NCBI GenBank assembly: GCA_051294905.1
Contig: CM119384.1
Span: forward strand, 24,242,001 to 24,306,000
From: Botryllus schlosseri
Taxonomy: Eukaryota
Direction: 5' to 3'
DNA: 64,000 nt
In this document: piece by piece, positions 47,474 to 62,642 of the stretch
How positions within the stretch are numbered: position 1 is the first letter of the stretch
Layout: every line of letters begins with the position of its first letter
Notes under the pieces: generated by a model
Told to the model about the DNA's origin: nothing
Databases searched by the model: none
What the model saw: the letters and a program-made list of their open reading frames with translations, nothing else
Translations under genes and position numbers: made by a program

Positions 47474-50400
47474 CAGGGTTGTAATGACTCGACTCGAGTC
47501 AGACTCGAGTCACGATTTTTTTGTGACTCGACTTGACTCGAGTCATTTTCTTGAAATGGGAAAATGACTCGAGTCAATATTTTGATTGACTCGACTTGTA
47601 CTCGAGTCATTACGCATGACTCGACCCAAGTCAATGACCCGGCATATTTCATGTGACTTGAAGATGAATAAATTTGCGAATCGTAATGGCCAGTTCAACA
47701 CATCTGACGAATTCTACCGACATCGCTATTTGTCACCACTGCTTGCGTTGCACTCGTCTGATATCAGATATGCCGCCGCAAAAACAACAGACAATGATAC
47801 CATAGTGTCCTAAATGGTGTCGACACAAGCAAATCTCACGGCTCAGTGAAATTGATTCACATCACAATTTCCATTTGCTACAGGCAATTTGACGGTCATT
47901 TTTGACCGGCTTGTCGAGCATTAAATTTGGTAAAACGGGTATCAATCGAAGGCTGACTCTGCACCGATTACGAAAATATAAATTTTATTCCGCTCGTGGC
48001 CCTGGAACCCCCACAATCAGCCTCGAATTTTTCATTGTTGTGGAGATTGGCATTGGGACGCAACAATGCTGCTTGGAACTTTTGCGTCCCAATGCCAATC
48101 AGGGTCGTACCAACCCTGCTCTCAATCTACAACCATGCAAATAGGCACATCCTCACTGTCAATTACTTGCGCGCATTAGTTGAAGCATTGAAAAATTCTC
48201 TTTTAAAGCGTTTTGCAGGAGTGTTTGAAAATGTGAACATGATCACAACTGATGAGTTTTTGGATAGGCCTATCGGTAATCCCGAACCGTTTGGTGAAAC
48301 CATCTACCTTACATCTTGCGTGCTCGGTTCGAAATTTGCTTTCCATTGGCTTATGGATCTAAATTGCTCAGAACAATCCCGAATTGCACTGCGGCAGAAA
48401 ATAATCGAGCTTATAATGACTGAGGCTGACACTCATTCATACAATATGACCAGCCAAGGTACAAAATCATCCAGTGACGAAGATGTACTAGCTAGATCCT
48501 TCACAATCAAAGTACTTAAGACTTTTCAATTATACAAGCAAACAATCGAAGCAAAGTTCAATTTGAGCCAATGCAATGACTCAGATGGTCAAGTACTTGG
48601 AAGAGACTGATAAGCCCATATGTAGATTTGAAAGCAATGATTCTTTGCATTTTTGGGCGACTCGAAAGAATGAGTATCCAATGTATGTATAGGGGGGAGT
48701 GGGTGCTTCTCGGCTAACTGAGGCCTTTTGCACCATGCCTGTTTTGTTCATTATTACAGCTATAAGTCTCTAGTGGACAATATAACAAAATTTAACAGTG
48801 ATTGCACCGTATGAGGACTTTTCAATGGCGAACTAAGCGAAAGTGGAATATTGTGTCTATGTGCGGATTTATGAGTATCCAATAGACGATTTCCAGCGCT
48901 CTGGCGCCAGTAGTGTATGACTGGCCAAGTTTAGAACCAGCCAAATTTTGCTCCCCTGACGAGGTTATTCGCCGACGTTTCTGAATACCGCGCCATTGGA
49001 ATGTAAGGAAGCCGCGTACATATAAGGTGATTTAATATTAGTTTATGCTAACATCTTGTAAGAAGTTCAGCTTGGAGCTGTAAAGAACGTAGTTCTTGGC
49101 TCCTTTTTGTCGCGAACAGATGCATGGCTACCGGTGTAGCCTATGCATATTCATCAGTTTTTACGTTTGTGGACATTGAAACGTTTGCACTGAAATTCAC
49201 TTGATCTGGAAATAATAGATTATAAGCAATGTACCCTCGAAGCTTCGCACGTGCGCAGTGCTTACACGGTCTCTGCGCACAGAAAATTCAAGTTGCGCAC
49301 AGAAAATCTGAAGTGAGGACCATTTTTTTAGTCGTTACGCACTGTTGTCCAAGGCTCTGCGCAGTAAGTTGGTGAGTCTGCGCAGACTCGTCAAAAATTA
49401 GAGGGAACATTGATTACTAGGCTACAAAATGCTTGTAGAAAACATGGATTTCAGTATTCTCATTTTCTCAGACACAGCACCGGTACATATTAATTTACTG
49501 TGTTCATTTATTGGCATTAATGCTGCATGAAACTTATTTGGAGATGATTGCCTATCTTGATGTGGCATACCCAAAACGGCATAACAATATTGACTCCTAT
49601 ATGCTCATTCAATCTTCAGTTTGCAAAGATGAAGACATACATGATTGCAGCCAAGTGCCTGACAGTCAGCATTCAATGAAGCTCCATCGCATCGCAAGGC
49701 ATCTCATTTTAGTAGTGAAACTATCAAATGTAAACAGTCTCTCAAGACTCTCCCGTTACAATAACAGCTGAATCCATCGACAATGGCGAACTCGAACTGA
49801 AGGACGTACATGTAACGACATAATGATCTTACTGGTCTAATAATTGATTTTCGAGCGTAAAATTGACCTGACGAACACTCTGATGAACCCAGGGGATGCT
49901 TGAAAACCACATCTGGGTGGAAAAACCCATGGGTGGCCTGTCTCACTAGCTGAAACAGCTTCGGCGACGGTAACAGCATTTAAACGAGTCAGAATGTGTG
50001 GGGTATCTTGGCTTGACGTGCGATGGCGCAGATACTGCCAAGACTGAGAGTCTTAGAAAACCACTTGGGGATTCCCACAAGATTAAGAGATGTCTTTCAG
50101 ATAGTACTGTTATGCAAACTGTTGTCAGGTATCGTACGCAGCTCATACTGTAGAATAAAATGATATTCATGGTCCCGATATTCTTTGTTATATTTATATT
50201 CCTTCAATAAAATACTAGTTCTTGTCTGGTGTCTATGTGTGACTTATTTCGTCTCGATGTTGCCTTGAGACTGGTATTGAGTTGGTGAACCCTGCTGTAC
50301 GAACTGGTTGGATCTGTCTCTATGAGTAGGCTATATAGAAAAATATCCACGTCAACACACAATCTGTCAGAGATTCTCTTCACTCGTTGTTGCTCGACTG

Positions 50401-52743
50401 AAATCTTTTGCCACGGAAATTTAGATGGGACAGAGCGATATCTCGTATTCTGTCTGCAGCAATGCGTTAGCCAGATGTTATCATCGCGGAATTGTCTTCC
50501 ATATACTTTTGTATTCCGAGAGCTCTAGTAATGTAAATCACTGACTGAGCCTGATATCACTATCGTGGAAATGTCTTTCACAGACTCTTATATTCTCTGA
50601 GTGATCTAGAAATGTAAATCACAAGCTACAGACATATTGACAATTTATTGCTTCGTCAAAAATAAACAAATTTGACTGGAAATCATTAAATCACATGTAA
50701 AGGTCTTATACTACTCGTCGCAACTATTGCAGTGGACTAATACAGTGCAGTCAATTTTACAGAGGATGTAGCTCAGTGGAGGTAACAGAAGAAGAAACAC
50801 AAATAGGAGTCGAGGCAATAATAATATGCAGATTGTCATAATAATATGATGTTTATGATAGAAGTATATGGAAATGAATGTCATAAATAACAAGTTTCTC
50901 ACAAATATGCCAGTGTTACACAAACCTTAAATAAAATCCTTTCCACAGTAACCTCTCCTATGTTCCAACGTAATACAATCTTTCTTTATAGCTTCTTGTC
51001 CTTTGCGATGAAAGCTATACCGGTACCATTCACCACTCTCTCATTACTGCATAATGCACATAGGGACGCAACAATGAGGGTGTGAGACACCATTCGGCTT
51101 CGTTTTTACATGCTATTTGCAGGCACCGACACATATAGATCTACAACTATAATGGACCTACGTTACGCCCCTTCAAAAGTGATGGGGTATCAAAACCTCC
51201 GATCCGACATCTGGCCAGCCTTTCGTAACAATGGCGCCACCCATGCGCAGCCAGTGGAAATCGTCTATGCTCTTCAGTGTGGTTCAAAAATGCTTGTCAA
51301 TTCCTGCGTCTAGTGCACCAGTGGAACGTGTTTTCAGTAGAGGTGGATTTATTCTAAGGCCATGCCGCTCTAATATATCTGAGGAGCTCCTTTCCACTTT
51401 GGTATTTTTAAAGTGTAACTCATCATTGATTTGATCTGCTGTCTGTGGAAACACACAATACCCTCTGTCCATTTGAGGTTTTGTGAGGTATATGTGCATT
51501 GTGCACGTGAGTAATAATGAATGGCTAGTGCTGCGTGATGTTTGTACAATAGGACTGTTCAAAAGTAACTTTTTTTATTTTACTGGGTGGCTACTTGATA
51601 AATTGTTACGTTGCATAAAAAGAACACTAAATCTGGCTCAATTTTAAAAAGTAGAATCAATGATATGAGAGGAGAAAATTTTGGATTTGAAAATAAATGA
51701 ATTACTTATAGTGAGAAATTCTTTCATATAATATAATTACATATACTAGTAGTAAGCCGACTATTTTTTCATATCCAAAACATTCTACTCTAATAACTTC
51801 ACGTCTTTTAGTTGGAATTGAGTCAAATTTGCTATGAATCATATTTTTACTCGATGTAACAATATAATGAGATAGCCGGTAAAATTCGAAAATCTCTATT
51901 TGTAATTATTCTAAAACTTTCTTTCATAGCATTGCTTTCTACTGGTTGGAATTGAGCCAAATTTGATTTTTTTAGGCAATGTAACAATATTAAGAAGTAG
52001 CCGGAAAATTTGAAAAAATGATTTTTAACATCCCCGTTGTACAAATATTTCTCCAATGCTGTAACTGCGATGTAGTCTGTAATGCAATTGGGAAAAGCTT
52101 AAGTAATATCAAAAGGTATCCGTTTTTTTCACTGCACAATGCACATAGCTGCATGCGCTTATGCAGCATGCTGGCCTGTTGTAAATACCTGTACATAAAC
52201 ATGTATCTGTTGATTCTCTATCAGCTGGTATCTTGACGTGAATTCGTTGGTTCTCTATCAGATAGTATGTAGACGTGAATTCGTTGGTTCTCTATCAGCT
52301 ATTTATGAGCTATCGTCGATGTACTCATCATAAAAACTGAATGCTTGAATTGGTGATGTATCAGACTGACAAGACAGATATTTGATTTTAAATTCTAACT
52401 TAGTGAAGTTATCTGTAGCATCGGTAGATGAGGCCATGATCTGTCCTTTTACTGCCTAAACAAACACGTGCCAAGACTCTGATATGGACAAAATGAGCAT
52501 GTTTGGCAAGCAAAGAATTCGATATCACCCAAGCAGGATTGAAAACATGAGTTGAACATGACTTCAATACTGTGACTTGAACTCGACTCGAGTCATAACA
52601 CTATGACTCGGACTTGACCCTTTAAACGGTGACTTGGACTCGACTCGGTGATGAATTGAAAATGACTCGACTTGACTCGAGTCAAAACCACAAAAGTAAG
52701 ATTGACTCGTGACTCGGAACCATGTGACTTGGTTACAACCCTG
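47474..52743 (+). mobile_element. hAT DNA transposon, defective (transposase remnants 47996-48680 and ~51290-51434)
   Basis: TIR CAGGGTTGTAA / TTACAACCCTG; TSD gccagcac/gccaggac; GACTC subterminal repeats; SIPASSAPVERVFSRGGFILRPCRSNISEELLSTLVFLKCN. Confidence 0.92.
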
Positions 52744-52812
52744 GCCAGGACTCCTGCTACCTCTGATGGAGTAATCGACTCGTCGTCAACAGCAGAAGCC
52801 ATATTGCCCTGG
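52744..52812 (-). mobile_element. Utopia copy 2 fragment
   Basis: Matches ~15003-15071. Confidence 0.9.
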
Positions 52813-54061
52813 CAGAGATGGCCACAGGCCGGTTCAGGAGCCGGAGCCGGAGCAGGATTTTGATGAATTTTACTGCGGCCGGATCGGAGCCGGATTCTGA
52901 AACTGCCATATGAGCCGGATTTAAACAGGATTTGATATTCATAACAAATATTGGGTGATAAAGGTTCAAGATATCTCATATTCAATGAAAAAAAGCTGCT
53001 TCGATAATATTTCCGTAGTTAAATGCATTCATTGCTATGGATCAAGCCCAGGCTGGTTCCGACAATAAATGACAACGTTGACACCGGTGATACCGGTTAC
53101 GTCGTTGAAATGCGTAAGCAACATAGAAAAGTTTCTCCAGTGATGAGATTACTGCTAGATGAGATAAGGACTAAGGCAGGCTCCAGCAAGCGAGCTGCAC
53201 AAGTGTTTGTTTTTGAATTCAGTTGTTCCTCAGATATTGATTCTTATCCTTCCTGTTCATCAGCCATTAGGGTACTTGATATCAGTTGTCAGGATGACAG
53301 AAGAGCGAGGTGTTGTTGCAGAGGTAACTGGTGGTTCTGAATTCTGATGTCATTTGGAATGATTGTGTGGTGCGGTAATGTATGAATATATGCTGGCATG
53401 GTCAATTGATCATGTTTATGATTTCGGAAACACACTAGAACTGAAGTACCACCGGTACTCTCTGATTGATTGTGCACATCATCATGCTGATTATATAATA
53501 TATTATATATATTTCCTATTCATTGCTGCTCTATCAAGTGATTCATCCATTTTGTTTGATACATGTCTGTTCTGTGGCTGTGCCACTTGTGAAAATTTAG
53601 TTCCATTCTTCAGTAGTACTATAGGCCTAGTTGTCTTGGCCAAGTCGCAATGCACAATATCTGATTTTGTTGTTGGAATCATGACATTCCGGGTTACTAT
53701 GTTTACCCTCACCGTAAAGCAACTAATATTGCTTTCTCTGTTCTCATAGTCTTTTTAGCTCATTTCCCCTGCCTAGTTCCCACTACTCGCATATATATTC
53801 AAGTTATATACCGTACCTAACATTATTGATTCGAGATGTGATATAAATAAATCCTTGTAAGGCATTACTTGATACTAATTTGGTGATTATAATGTTCATA
53901 TCTGTTTTGCAGGCTATATTTAATGTGAAATAGCACTAAAGCAATAGCAGGATTTTTTCGGATCCTAATTTTGTTGATCAACTGTCGGACTCCGAAATCC
54001 TATTTGACTGTCGGATCAGGACGGATACGGATTCCCAAAATCTGGAGTCCGCCCATCTCTG
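52813..54061. mobile_element. Non-autonomous hAT element, 1249 bp
   Basis: TIR CAGAGATGG / CCATCTCTG; perfect TSD tgccctgg; GCCGGA/CGGAT subterminal repeats. Confidence 0.92.
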
Positions 54062-54307
54062 TGCCCTGGTAACTGTGCTGAGTCATTCAGCAAGGAAAAG
54101 CAGCAGCATTATCAGTGACGTCAGCGGCGGCGTCAGCACGAAATTTCCGCTCGATTACGTCGGCAGGAATTTCGCACCGTTTACTGCCAGAATCTTCCTC
54201 GATGATCTGTCTGACCGTTTCCTTCTGATTGCGCCAGAAAGCGGACCGAAGATGTTGGGCTGCCCCAGGTCGACACTCGCGCTGGCCATTCAATTGATTG
54301 ACCTTCG
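54062..54307 (-). mobile_element. Utopia copy 2 fragment
   Basis: Matches ~15064-15308. Confidence 0.92.
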
Positions 54308-54528
54308 TGTAACGGTGTCGCTACTAGTTCTTTATACTCTTCAAGTGTAACTCAGTTCACAGCACAGCCAGACAGATACCGTAACAGGTATATTGACGAC
54401 AGTAGAAAGCGTGTACCACCCAGACACAGACACAAAACAGAATATTCTAGAAGGTTGCGGTTATATCCCGCGAGCGCATTGTCTACAGGCGTGACGTCAT
54501 CAGTCGCCATCGATGCCGCCCCGTCACA
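54308..54528 (-). repeat. Gypsy 3' LTR; PPT GGAGGGGGG immediately upstream (minus strand)
   Basis: 6 differences from the 5' LTR over 221 bp, counted by eye. Confidence 0.95.
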
Positions 54529-55149
54529 TATACCCCCCTCCAAATTTTTTCGAATGGTACATGAGAAAATATCTACCTCAAAACAAAAAGCAACGATACA
54601 CCAAAAATAGTTCGGCATAAAAGCTCAAAAAGCAACGAACATACAAATGGTTAGGACAACTGATTGTGAAAATCGATCGACAAAATAATGAAAATATGTC
54701 ACGTTATGTAGTCTTGCTGACGACCAGGTCTGTTGATCTGTCGGCCAGCACGAGTGGTGGTTGGCGTCGTATCGTCAGTAGCAGGATCTGATGTAGAGGG
54801 CGATGATTCTCGCCTCTCCAGAAGATAAGGTCTGATATAATCAGCATGCGAAAGTCTACACTGCCCATCGTCCAAGTTCTCGATTCGGTACAGGTATGGC
54901 GATTTCACTTCGATGACCTTGAATGGTCCAACCCACCCATTGGACAACTTCTTCACCAAGGGTTTATAGAAGAACCAGACTAAATCGCCGACACAGTATG
55001 TGGCTGGTTTAACAGAGAGGTTAAAGTTGCGCTCCTGTTTCTCAGCAGATCTCGATAGCCGCTGTCTTGCAAACGTAAAGGCATCAGATGTTGTTAATTC
55101 GACCCATTGTACATATTCATGATAATACTTGAACGACAGTTCATTAGAT

Positions 55150-58100
55150 CAGTGGTTCTCAACCGCCGGTCCGCGGACCGGTGCCGGTCCGCGATGACAT
55201 TCCTGCCGGTCCGCGAGGAATATTACAATTTTATACTTTAAGTTCAAGAGGCCATGTTGAAGGCTTGTCCTTTGATAAAATAAATAAAACATCTAATTTC
55301 AAACTGATTCAAAACCTCGTGAGGTAACGTTAGGGCTAGAAACATGTTCGATTTGACTTAAAGTACAAGACGTTTCATTTGACGACATGCGAGCGACAAA
55401 TACAGAACAGATACGAGCTCACTCATCGCTGAGCAGCGCAGTTTGATCATTAGCTTTCGATTCATTTATTTTGTGCAGGACCGTAACTGGGGCACCCCAA
55501 ACCGCCCAATTGGAGAGGCGCCGAGCTTGAAAAGGGCCCAAAATTATTTCGTAAATGAATATAAATCAAAGCGTTTTATTTGAAACAATTTCTAACATTC
55601 TTCAATTTCTTTTCGGGCTTTGCACGATTTAGTGTCCCTAAATGCCTTATTAGGTGCCCTTATTTCTCCAAGAAATACGCATGATTTATAGGCATGTTGG
55701 CGTCAGCCATTGCCGCACCACGACGTTTCCACACATAATGAAGTTTAGGTTAACATATGGGACTCCGAAATTTGGGCCTAAAATTCGACCGCGAGAAAAG
55801 CGCTTCAGTCGTGAATGATCGAAAATTGTCGCCATTGTCGCGATAAGGTACGTAAACCAGTGATTCCCAAGTGCGGCCCCGAGGGCCGCATGCGGCCCCC
55901 AGATAGCCTTCTTGCGGCCCCAAAAATATATGAAGAAATCGATTTATGACAAAAAACAAAATTTATATTCATAAAATACTCTTGCCTGGCTTGGCCTCTG
56001 TAGTTTTTAATTATAGAATTGCAGGAAAGTTGTGAGTATAGACTGCTAACGTTACGTCACTGTTGTTTCAATGCAATGTGCCCTAACTTTCCAGTTGAAC
56101 GAGCAGTAGCTATAGATATAAATAGGTAATGATAACTTTCAAAACCAAAGGAAAATCCTGAAAAAATGGTAAATTTTTCCCACTTCGTGGTCGCTTGACT
56201 AAAAAAGAAAAAGAGGCTCAACTCCCGGAAAATAGAGTTTTTCTTTCACATTAACAGGTGGTTAACTGAAAAAAAAGGTAAACTTTCCGGTCCAGCTCCC
56301 GAAATAGCCGCCGTAGCGTTCCTATAGCGCTGACTTAATGTATATCAGTCGAATTTGGCCCTATATGTAACCAAAATCCTCAAAAAAGAACACAAAATCT
56401 CAAGAAAGAAGACATTTGGGCGTCCTCCGAGGACACTTTAAAAAAATCAAAAAAGAGGACAAATCATCTTCAAAGAGGACGTATGGTAACGCTATGATAA
56501 CTAGATGTGCAACACGTGACTCACGGTTGAATACGCCGAGATTCATACTGCTTTGCCGGCTAAAAGCAGCATAATTGGTAGTCCTATAGTCAGGGCCGTA
56601 ACTGCCGCCCCCCAAACCCCCCAATTGAGGGGGGCCGAGCTCGAAGGGGTCCCAAAATTATTTCGCGAATTAGCATAAATTATAGAGTATTTTTTGAAAA
56701 TTTATGCAACTTTTTCAAAATTTTTTCGCGCTGTGCGCGATTTCAATTCGCCACTTATCTTGATTATTAGGTACTCTTCCCCAAGAAAAAATACGCAAGA
56801 TTTATAGAAATGGGCATATCAGCGTTGGTCATGACCGCACCACAACGCACCAAGACACATAAAGTTTTAGGCCATGTAACAAGTGACTCCAAGAAGTGTG
56901 TCACAGAACGATCGGTAGCGAGAAAGCCTTGGCCATGAAGGACTGCTTTCATGCTGACCAAAAACTTCGAAATACCAAAAACTTCGTTATATATACAAAA
57001 TACATATAGGTTTAATTAGGCGCCTAAATGACTGGCGCCGAATGTTCTTGTCTTGGCAATCTGAACCTCACAAGACAAATACCATCCCGCAGGAAGGAAA
57101 ATTATATACCAGTAAAGAAATACCAATCTGAAATCGTGTGATCTTTCAGTTTAGTAGGTTTGGGCAATTCTATATTTTTTGATATAGCAGACAGGAGGTC
57201 ACGAAATATCATCATGTAAAGAAGTCATACCTAGGGGTCCGCCCGCCCGAAGATATTTAATTTTACGTGGTCTGCAGCTTCAAAGACACCTCTCACTCAG
57301 CTCTACCGGTAAATATGATTACGTGAGCAAAGAGGACAACCATGCAATTCCCGATCTTATTTACCGATTTTATCACGAATTATCGAAATATTCGCGCGTC
57401 GCGCTGTCTCACTAAACAGTACAGCTTTAATTTCGTGGCAAAAGCGAACAACGTGATGCGGGGTCAGTTTATCACCCTATGGGAGCCCGGGGTCCTGACG
57501 AAGTGCTGTTACGTTCCTGCCAACGGGTATACCCCTGGAGATGTTTAATTACTATTGAGGGGGCCTATACCTTTTCAAACACACCTCACTAAGCTCTACC
57601 GGTAAATCAGATTACGTGAACAGAGACAGGATGAAAATTGATAGCAATACATGCAATTCCCGATCATATTGACCGATTCAGTCATAAAACTAAAGAAATT
57701 TCTCGCGCGTCGCGCGTTTAGGCGAGAAAAGCTGATTCACTCAACGGACACCCAATGCAGCAGATAAGTATAGCGGTAAACAGTGTACAGTTTTGAAATC
57801 TTGCCAGGGCAATAAAACTACTCTGAAATAACCATGATGACTGTTTGGGTCCGTTTCATAGCCGTAGTATTCGTGCGGCCCCGACCGTACTCTAAAATTC
57901 TAAATTTGGCCCTCACACCGAAAAAGTTTGGGAACCACTGACGTAAACTCTCTGCTTACGGTGAGTAGAATGGATGGGATCACAAGTACAGGTGAAAACA
58001 TCCACCCAAGTGTAGGGTCTTGGTGCGAAGCCCCCGAAAGTTTGGCTTATCGACCTGTGGGGGGCCTATCAACGTTTTTTGGGGTGGGCTGACGAAATGC

Positions 58101-58597
58101 TTTTTCGACCCGGATTTGCGGATGGCTGGTATAGCTGCTGTAATGTGCTTTCTTGCGGCACGCACTGTATTCGCAGTTGTCGGAGTAGCCTGCGTCTGGT
58201 GGCAGTGGGCAATGAGCAAGGGAGCACGACAAGGTGCTTGGTTCGACTCCGATACGGTTCTTCTTTTGATATTGTCGGTCGGTATTGAGTTGGCGTGGCC
58301 GTTTAAACCCACGACCTTTGGCGCGAAAGACTGTAAACGACTTGCAGCGGTAGCACATTTATATGGACAAGGAAATTTTACCTCGACTTGGCAAACTCAC
58401 TACCATAAAATCACATGGATGCCGTCATGAATATTATTAAATACGATCAAAACCCTCCAAATGTCACTCTCTAGCATCATATAATTGCCAAAAACGGTTA
58501 CATTTTGGCTTCATTTCAATTTTGACAGTTCACCAGTCCGCCAGACATTTTTTGAAATTTTACCGGTCCGCGAGGCGAAAAAGGTTGAGAACCACCG
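55150..58597. mobile_element. hAT (Charlie/Buster-like) element in the Gypsy integrase region
   Basis: CAGTGGTTCTCAACC / GGTTGAGAACCACCG; perfect TSD cattagat with central TA. Confidence 0.92.
55858..57940. mobile_element. hAT element nested in the preceding hAT
   Basis: CAGTGATTCCCAA / TTGGGAACCACTG; perfect TSD acgtaaac. Confidence 0.92.
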
Positions 58598-58605
58598 CAT
58601 TAGAT

Positions 58606-61600
58606 GGTTTTCCAAACATCAAGTCTGTGGGAAGGGAAATTTCTCTCCCAAACATGAGTCGGTTGGGCGTGTACCCTGTACTCTCATGAACCGTGGATCT
58701 GTATGCCATCAACAGATAAGGGATGTAGTCCTCCCAATCATTGCGATTTCCATTCCCCACAAATGTTTTTATCATTTTTTGCAAAGTCCCATTAAATTTT
58801 TCGACCAGACCATCAATACGTGGATGGTAAGATGTTGTTCGAGTCTTGTCAATTTCGAACAATTTCATGAGATGACGAAACAGCTCAGATTCAAATGCGG
58901 ATCAACGATCAGAATGAATGGTGAATGGAACACCATATCTCGTGAAAAATTGATTGACCAGCGCCTCCGCGGTAGTTACGGCTTTAACATCTTTGACAGG
59001 GTATGCTTCCACAAATTTACTAAAATAGTCCGTAACACATAATATAAACTCATTTCCGTTCTCAGACAATGGTAATGGTCCAATGTGATCAATGCCCACT
59101 TTATCCATGATTTCCGCACATGGCATTTTTCGCAAGTAGGCTTGATGTTGTCGTAATGGAGTTTCTGCAGCAAAGCACGGTTTACATAATCTGGTCCAAT
59201 CAGCAATTTGTCGCTGCATATTAGCCCAGTAAAATCTTGACCGAATTTTTTTGTAAGTTTTCTCCTTGCCAAGATGGCCGCCCGTTCTTGATTCATGAAG
59301 TAACCGATACATATCCTTACGCAAGCTCGATGGCATCACAATTTGAAAGAGCTCAACATTGCCCGGTTTTTGTGACAAAAATTCTCGGTGCAAGACGCCA
59401 TGCAAAACTCGCAAGACATCGCATTGCATACATAGGGTGCGGACATCCCTTGGATATGGTAAAAGTTAAGTGCCTTTAGGAGCATCATCTCTCGTCTCCT
59501 TCCAGTTCAGCACGACCGATATGCACTCATCCTCCATCTGCAGCTCTCTAAGTTGACTTGGACTATATGATTCCAGCCAGGAGCACATTCGTTCATCAGT
59601 TCCGCTCTCAGGAGCTGGTTGAATAGCAGTCACTTCCAATCCGGGTAGGAAACAGGTTGGTTCAATGTCCGGCTTGTCGCCGCATGTAGCACAGCAATCC
59701 CTTTCACATTTACGTCTGATGCGGAAAAGGCCATCTGCGTTGCCATGCTTTGCCCCCGCTCTATGTTCAATTTTGAAGTTGAACGTATTCAACATGCTCA
59801 CCCATCTCGCCGTAATGCCTTCTAGGTTCCGGAAGTTGTACAACCACTGTAAAGAGCTGTGATCCACTCTCAGCCGGAATGGCCTTCCCCACAAATAAGA
59901 CCTGAAATGATTCACGGCCCACTGTACAGCATTCCCGGAAGGTGGCACAATATCGTCTCTGTTGCTTGTTTAGCGTCTTGCTGGCATACGCAATAACCCT
60001 TTCTTCATTTCCCTGTACTTGGGAGAGAACTGCTCCTGCACCAAAACCAGAGCAATCCGTATCGAGAACAAACTCTCCTGCAGTCTCAAGCGGATAAGCC
60101 AATATTGGTGTACTTGTTAATTTTTGTTTCAGAGACCGGAATGCCACCTGGCAATCATTGGACCATTCAAAGGTAGCCTTCTTCCGAGTGAGTTTCACCA
60201 ATGGCTCTGCAATGGTTGAAAACTGGTCAATGAATCTTCGATAATAGTTTGCCGTGCCGAGGAATGCTTGAACGTCCTTGAGATTTTTCGGCACTGGCCA
60301 ATCCTTCACAGCAGAAACTTTGTCATCACTACACTTGGGACCATCTGGGCAAATCACATGTCCCAGGTACTCTACCTCCTGGTAAAACAGTTTGCATTTT
60401 TTAGGCTTAAGCTTAAGACCAGCGTCACGAATTCGCTTGAAAACATCTTCCAGATTGCAGAGTGTTTGGTCAAAGTTCTCCCCATACGCCAAAATGTCGT
60501 CCATGAAGGCAAGGCATCCATGAAGGCAAGGCATTTCTTCCACAAGAGTCCATCAAGTAACTTCTCCATCATTGCCATGAACGTGGCAGGCGCATTACAC
60601 AAGCCAAAGCAAAGGACTGTCCACCGAAATTGCGAATGCCCAGGTACGCTGAATGCAGTTTTGTCTCGGTCACTTGGATTCAGGGGAACTTGCCAAAAAC
60701 CGGATTCAAGATCAAGGGTACAATACCATTTTGCTCCACCCAGAGAATCCAGGATATCATCAATGCGGGGCAGAGGGTGGGCATCCTTTACCGTGATCGT
60801 ATTTAATTTCCGGAAGTCGGTGCAGAAACGGTACGTGTTATCCCGCTTTGGAACGAGAACAATCGGCGCGTTGTACGGGCTTTGGGCCTTCTCGATAACA
60901 CCCAGTTTTTCCATCTTTTCGATCTGCTCACCCACAATTTCTCGTGCCTTCCAACTCAAACGTCGCGGGGGCACTTTAACTGGTACCGCAGAAGATAGCT
61001 CAATTTTGTGCTCAATCAAAGTGGGGTGCTCAATCAAAGTGGTATATCCCAATTTTCCATCAGGCCCCGTGAATATATCCTGATACTTGATGAGAATATC
61101 TCTTAACTGTTGTCGCTGTTGTACATTCAAGTGGTCTGGCTCTTCTACGAGGTGTCGCAGATGGTCCGGCAGATCCAAGCACGGTTCGACTTCCACGGTG
61201 TCAGGCGCCTCCACAGACCCACAAGTCGCAAGGGGCACTAAAGAGCCTACTCGTTCCCCAGCAGGGATTACAATATCATTTTGAGATAGGTTTATAAACA
61301 TCACAGGCATCTCATTACATGTAGGATCGACCAAACCGGACAACACACGCAAACCACGATTATCATTCTGGCTCTCAAACACAGGTGACGACTCAACCAC
61401 ACCACACTGTGAAATGGACGGCAACCAAGGCCCACTCACTGCACCCATGACAGCTCTTTCACTCCACTTATGAACTATTATCTGTTTCTGAGTTATAACA
61501 CCACAACAGGACACCGACAGCTGTTGCAATATAACATTTTGTCCATGCAAACTCATCATTCCTTTACCCATGTACAAAACAGCATCATGCTTCTCCATAA

Positions 61601-62642
61601 AATCACACCCTAACAAGCCATATGGCGCACCCAGACGAGCAATCACAACCTCTTGTTGTGCACAAAAATCACCAATACGTAGGGTCAACACCACTGTGTT
61701 CGATTCCATCTCATTATCAAGCTTGCCTACTGCAAGACGTTCATCGCCATTTTTGACAGGAGCCACAATTGGTTTACTAGTTTCGAACAATTGACTGTTA
61801 GGCGGTCCATCAACAGAGAAATACAAATCCGCGGAAGCAACTAGTTCATCTAGGTTACTTGTTTTCATCAACGTTAGCTGTCGGCGAAGGTTAATATCAC
61901 CAAGACCATTGATAAACTGTTGACACACAAACTCATCACGAGCCGCAGAATTCATACGTGGAAAAGCCTTCAAGCTAAGCATAGCCAGAACTGATGCGAA
62001 TTCTGTTGGGGATTCTCCCAATTTCATTTTGCGTTTGTTAAATTCAGTACGGCTCAAGGTTTCCATACCCCATGGAACGTAGCGCTTCTTCAATTGGGAA
62101 ATTACACGATCAATATCCCGACGGCAATCAGCCGACATTTGTGCAAGCACTTGCAAAGCGTTACCACGTAAGCTAGCATTAAGCCTAGTACAAGCAGTTT
62201 GTTCGTCCCATCCGTTGGCCAATGTCACCGCATCAAAATGGCATAAATAATCGCTAATGGGCATATTCACACCATCAAATGGTTCCAGTTTAATAACACC
62301 AACAGCGGGTTTGGGCATGCTATGACTAGATGGAGTGGGGCGTACTGAATTGCTACGAGTAACACGCACTCTATCATTTAAATTCTGTGGTTCTGGAGAC
62401 ATCACACCAGTTTTACTGTCAGTCATATCAACAAACTCCCCCATGTCACCATTATCATTACTGTCAAACACACATCCACTCGCATTCGGAGCCGCAGACA
62501 TACTCTCACCTCCCAAACTTTGTACAATGGTTCATACACGACTGAGGGTACTGTTTTGGGCTTCCACCATATCGTCGATCCGGCGATGAACCCGCTCCAA
62601 CTCTGCTCGCAGATACTCATTCTCTTCACGCAATTGATCCAT
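58606..62642 (-). pseudogene. gag-pol: Gypsy gag-pol, disrupted (in-frame TGA at 62532-62534, frameshifts, protease core missing)
   Basis: KLEPFDG; YRFCTDFRKLN, LDLESGFWQV, FGLCNAPATF, FMDD; LDTDCSGFGAGAVL; LHESRTGGH..C..C; IDHIGP, HSD, DGLVEKFNGTL. Confidence 0.93.

Noticed and set aside
48700-48730. TGCTTCTCGGC...GGCCTTTTG resembling an interrupted U2 5' end
   Set aside because: Short and requires a 10-nt insertion; no downstream U2 features.
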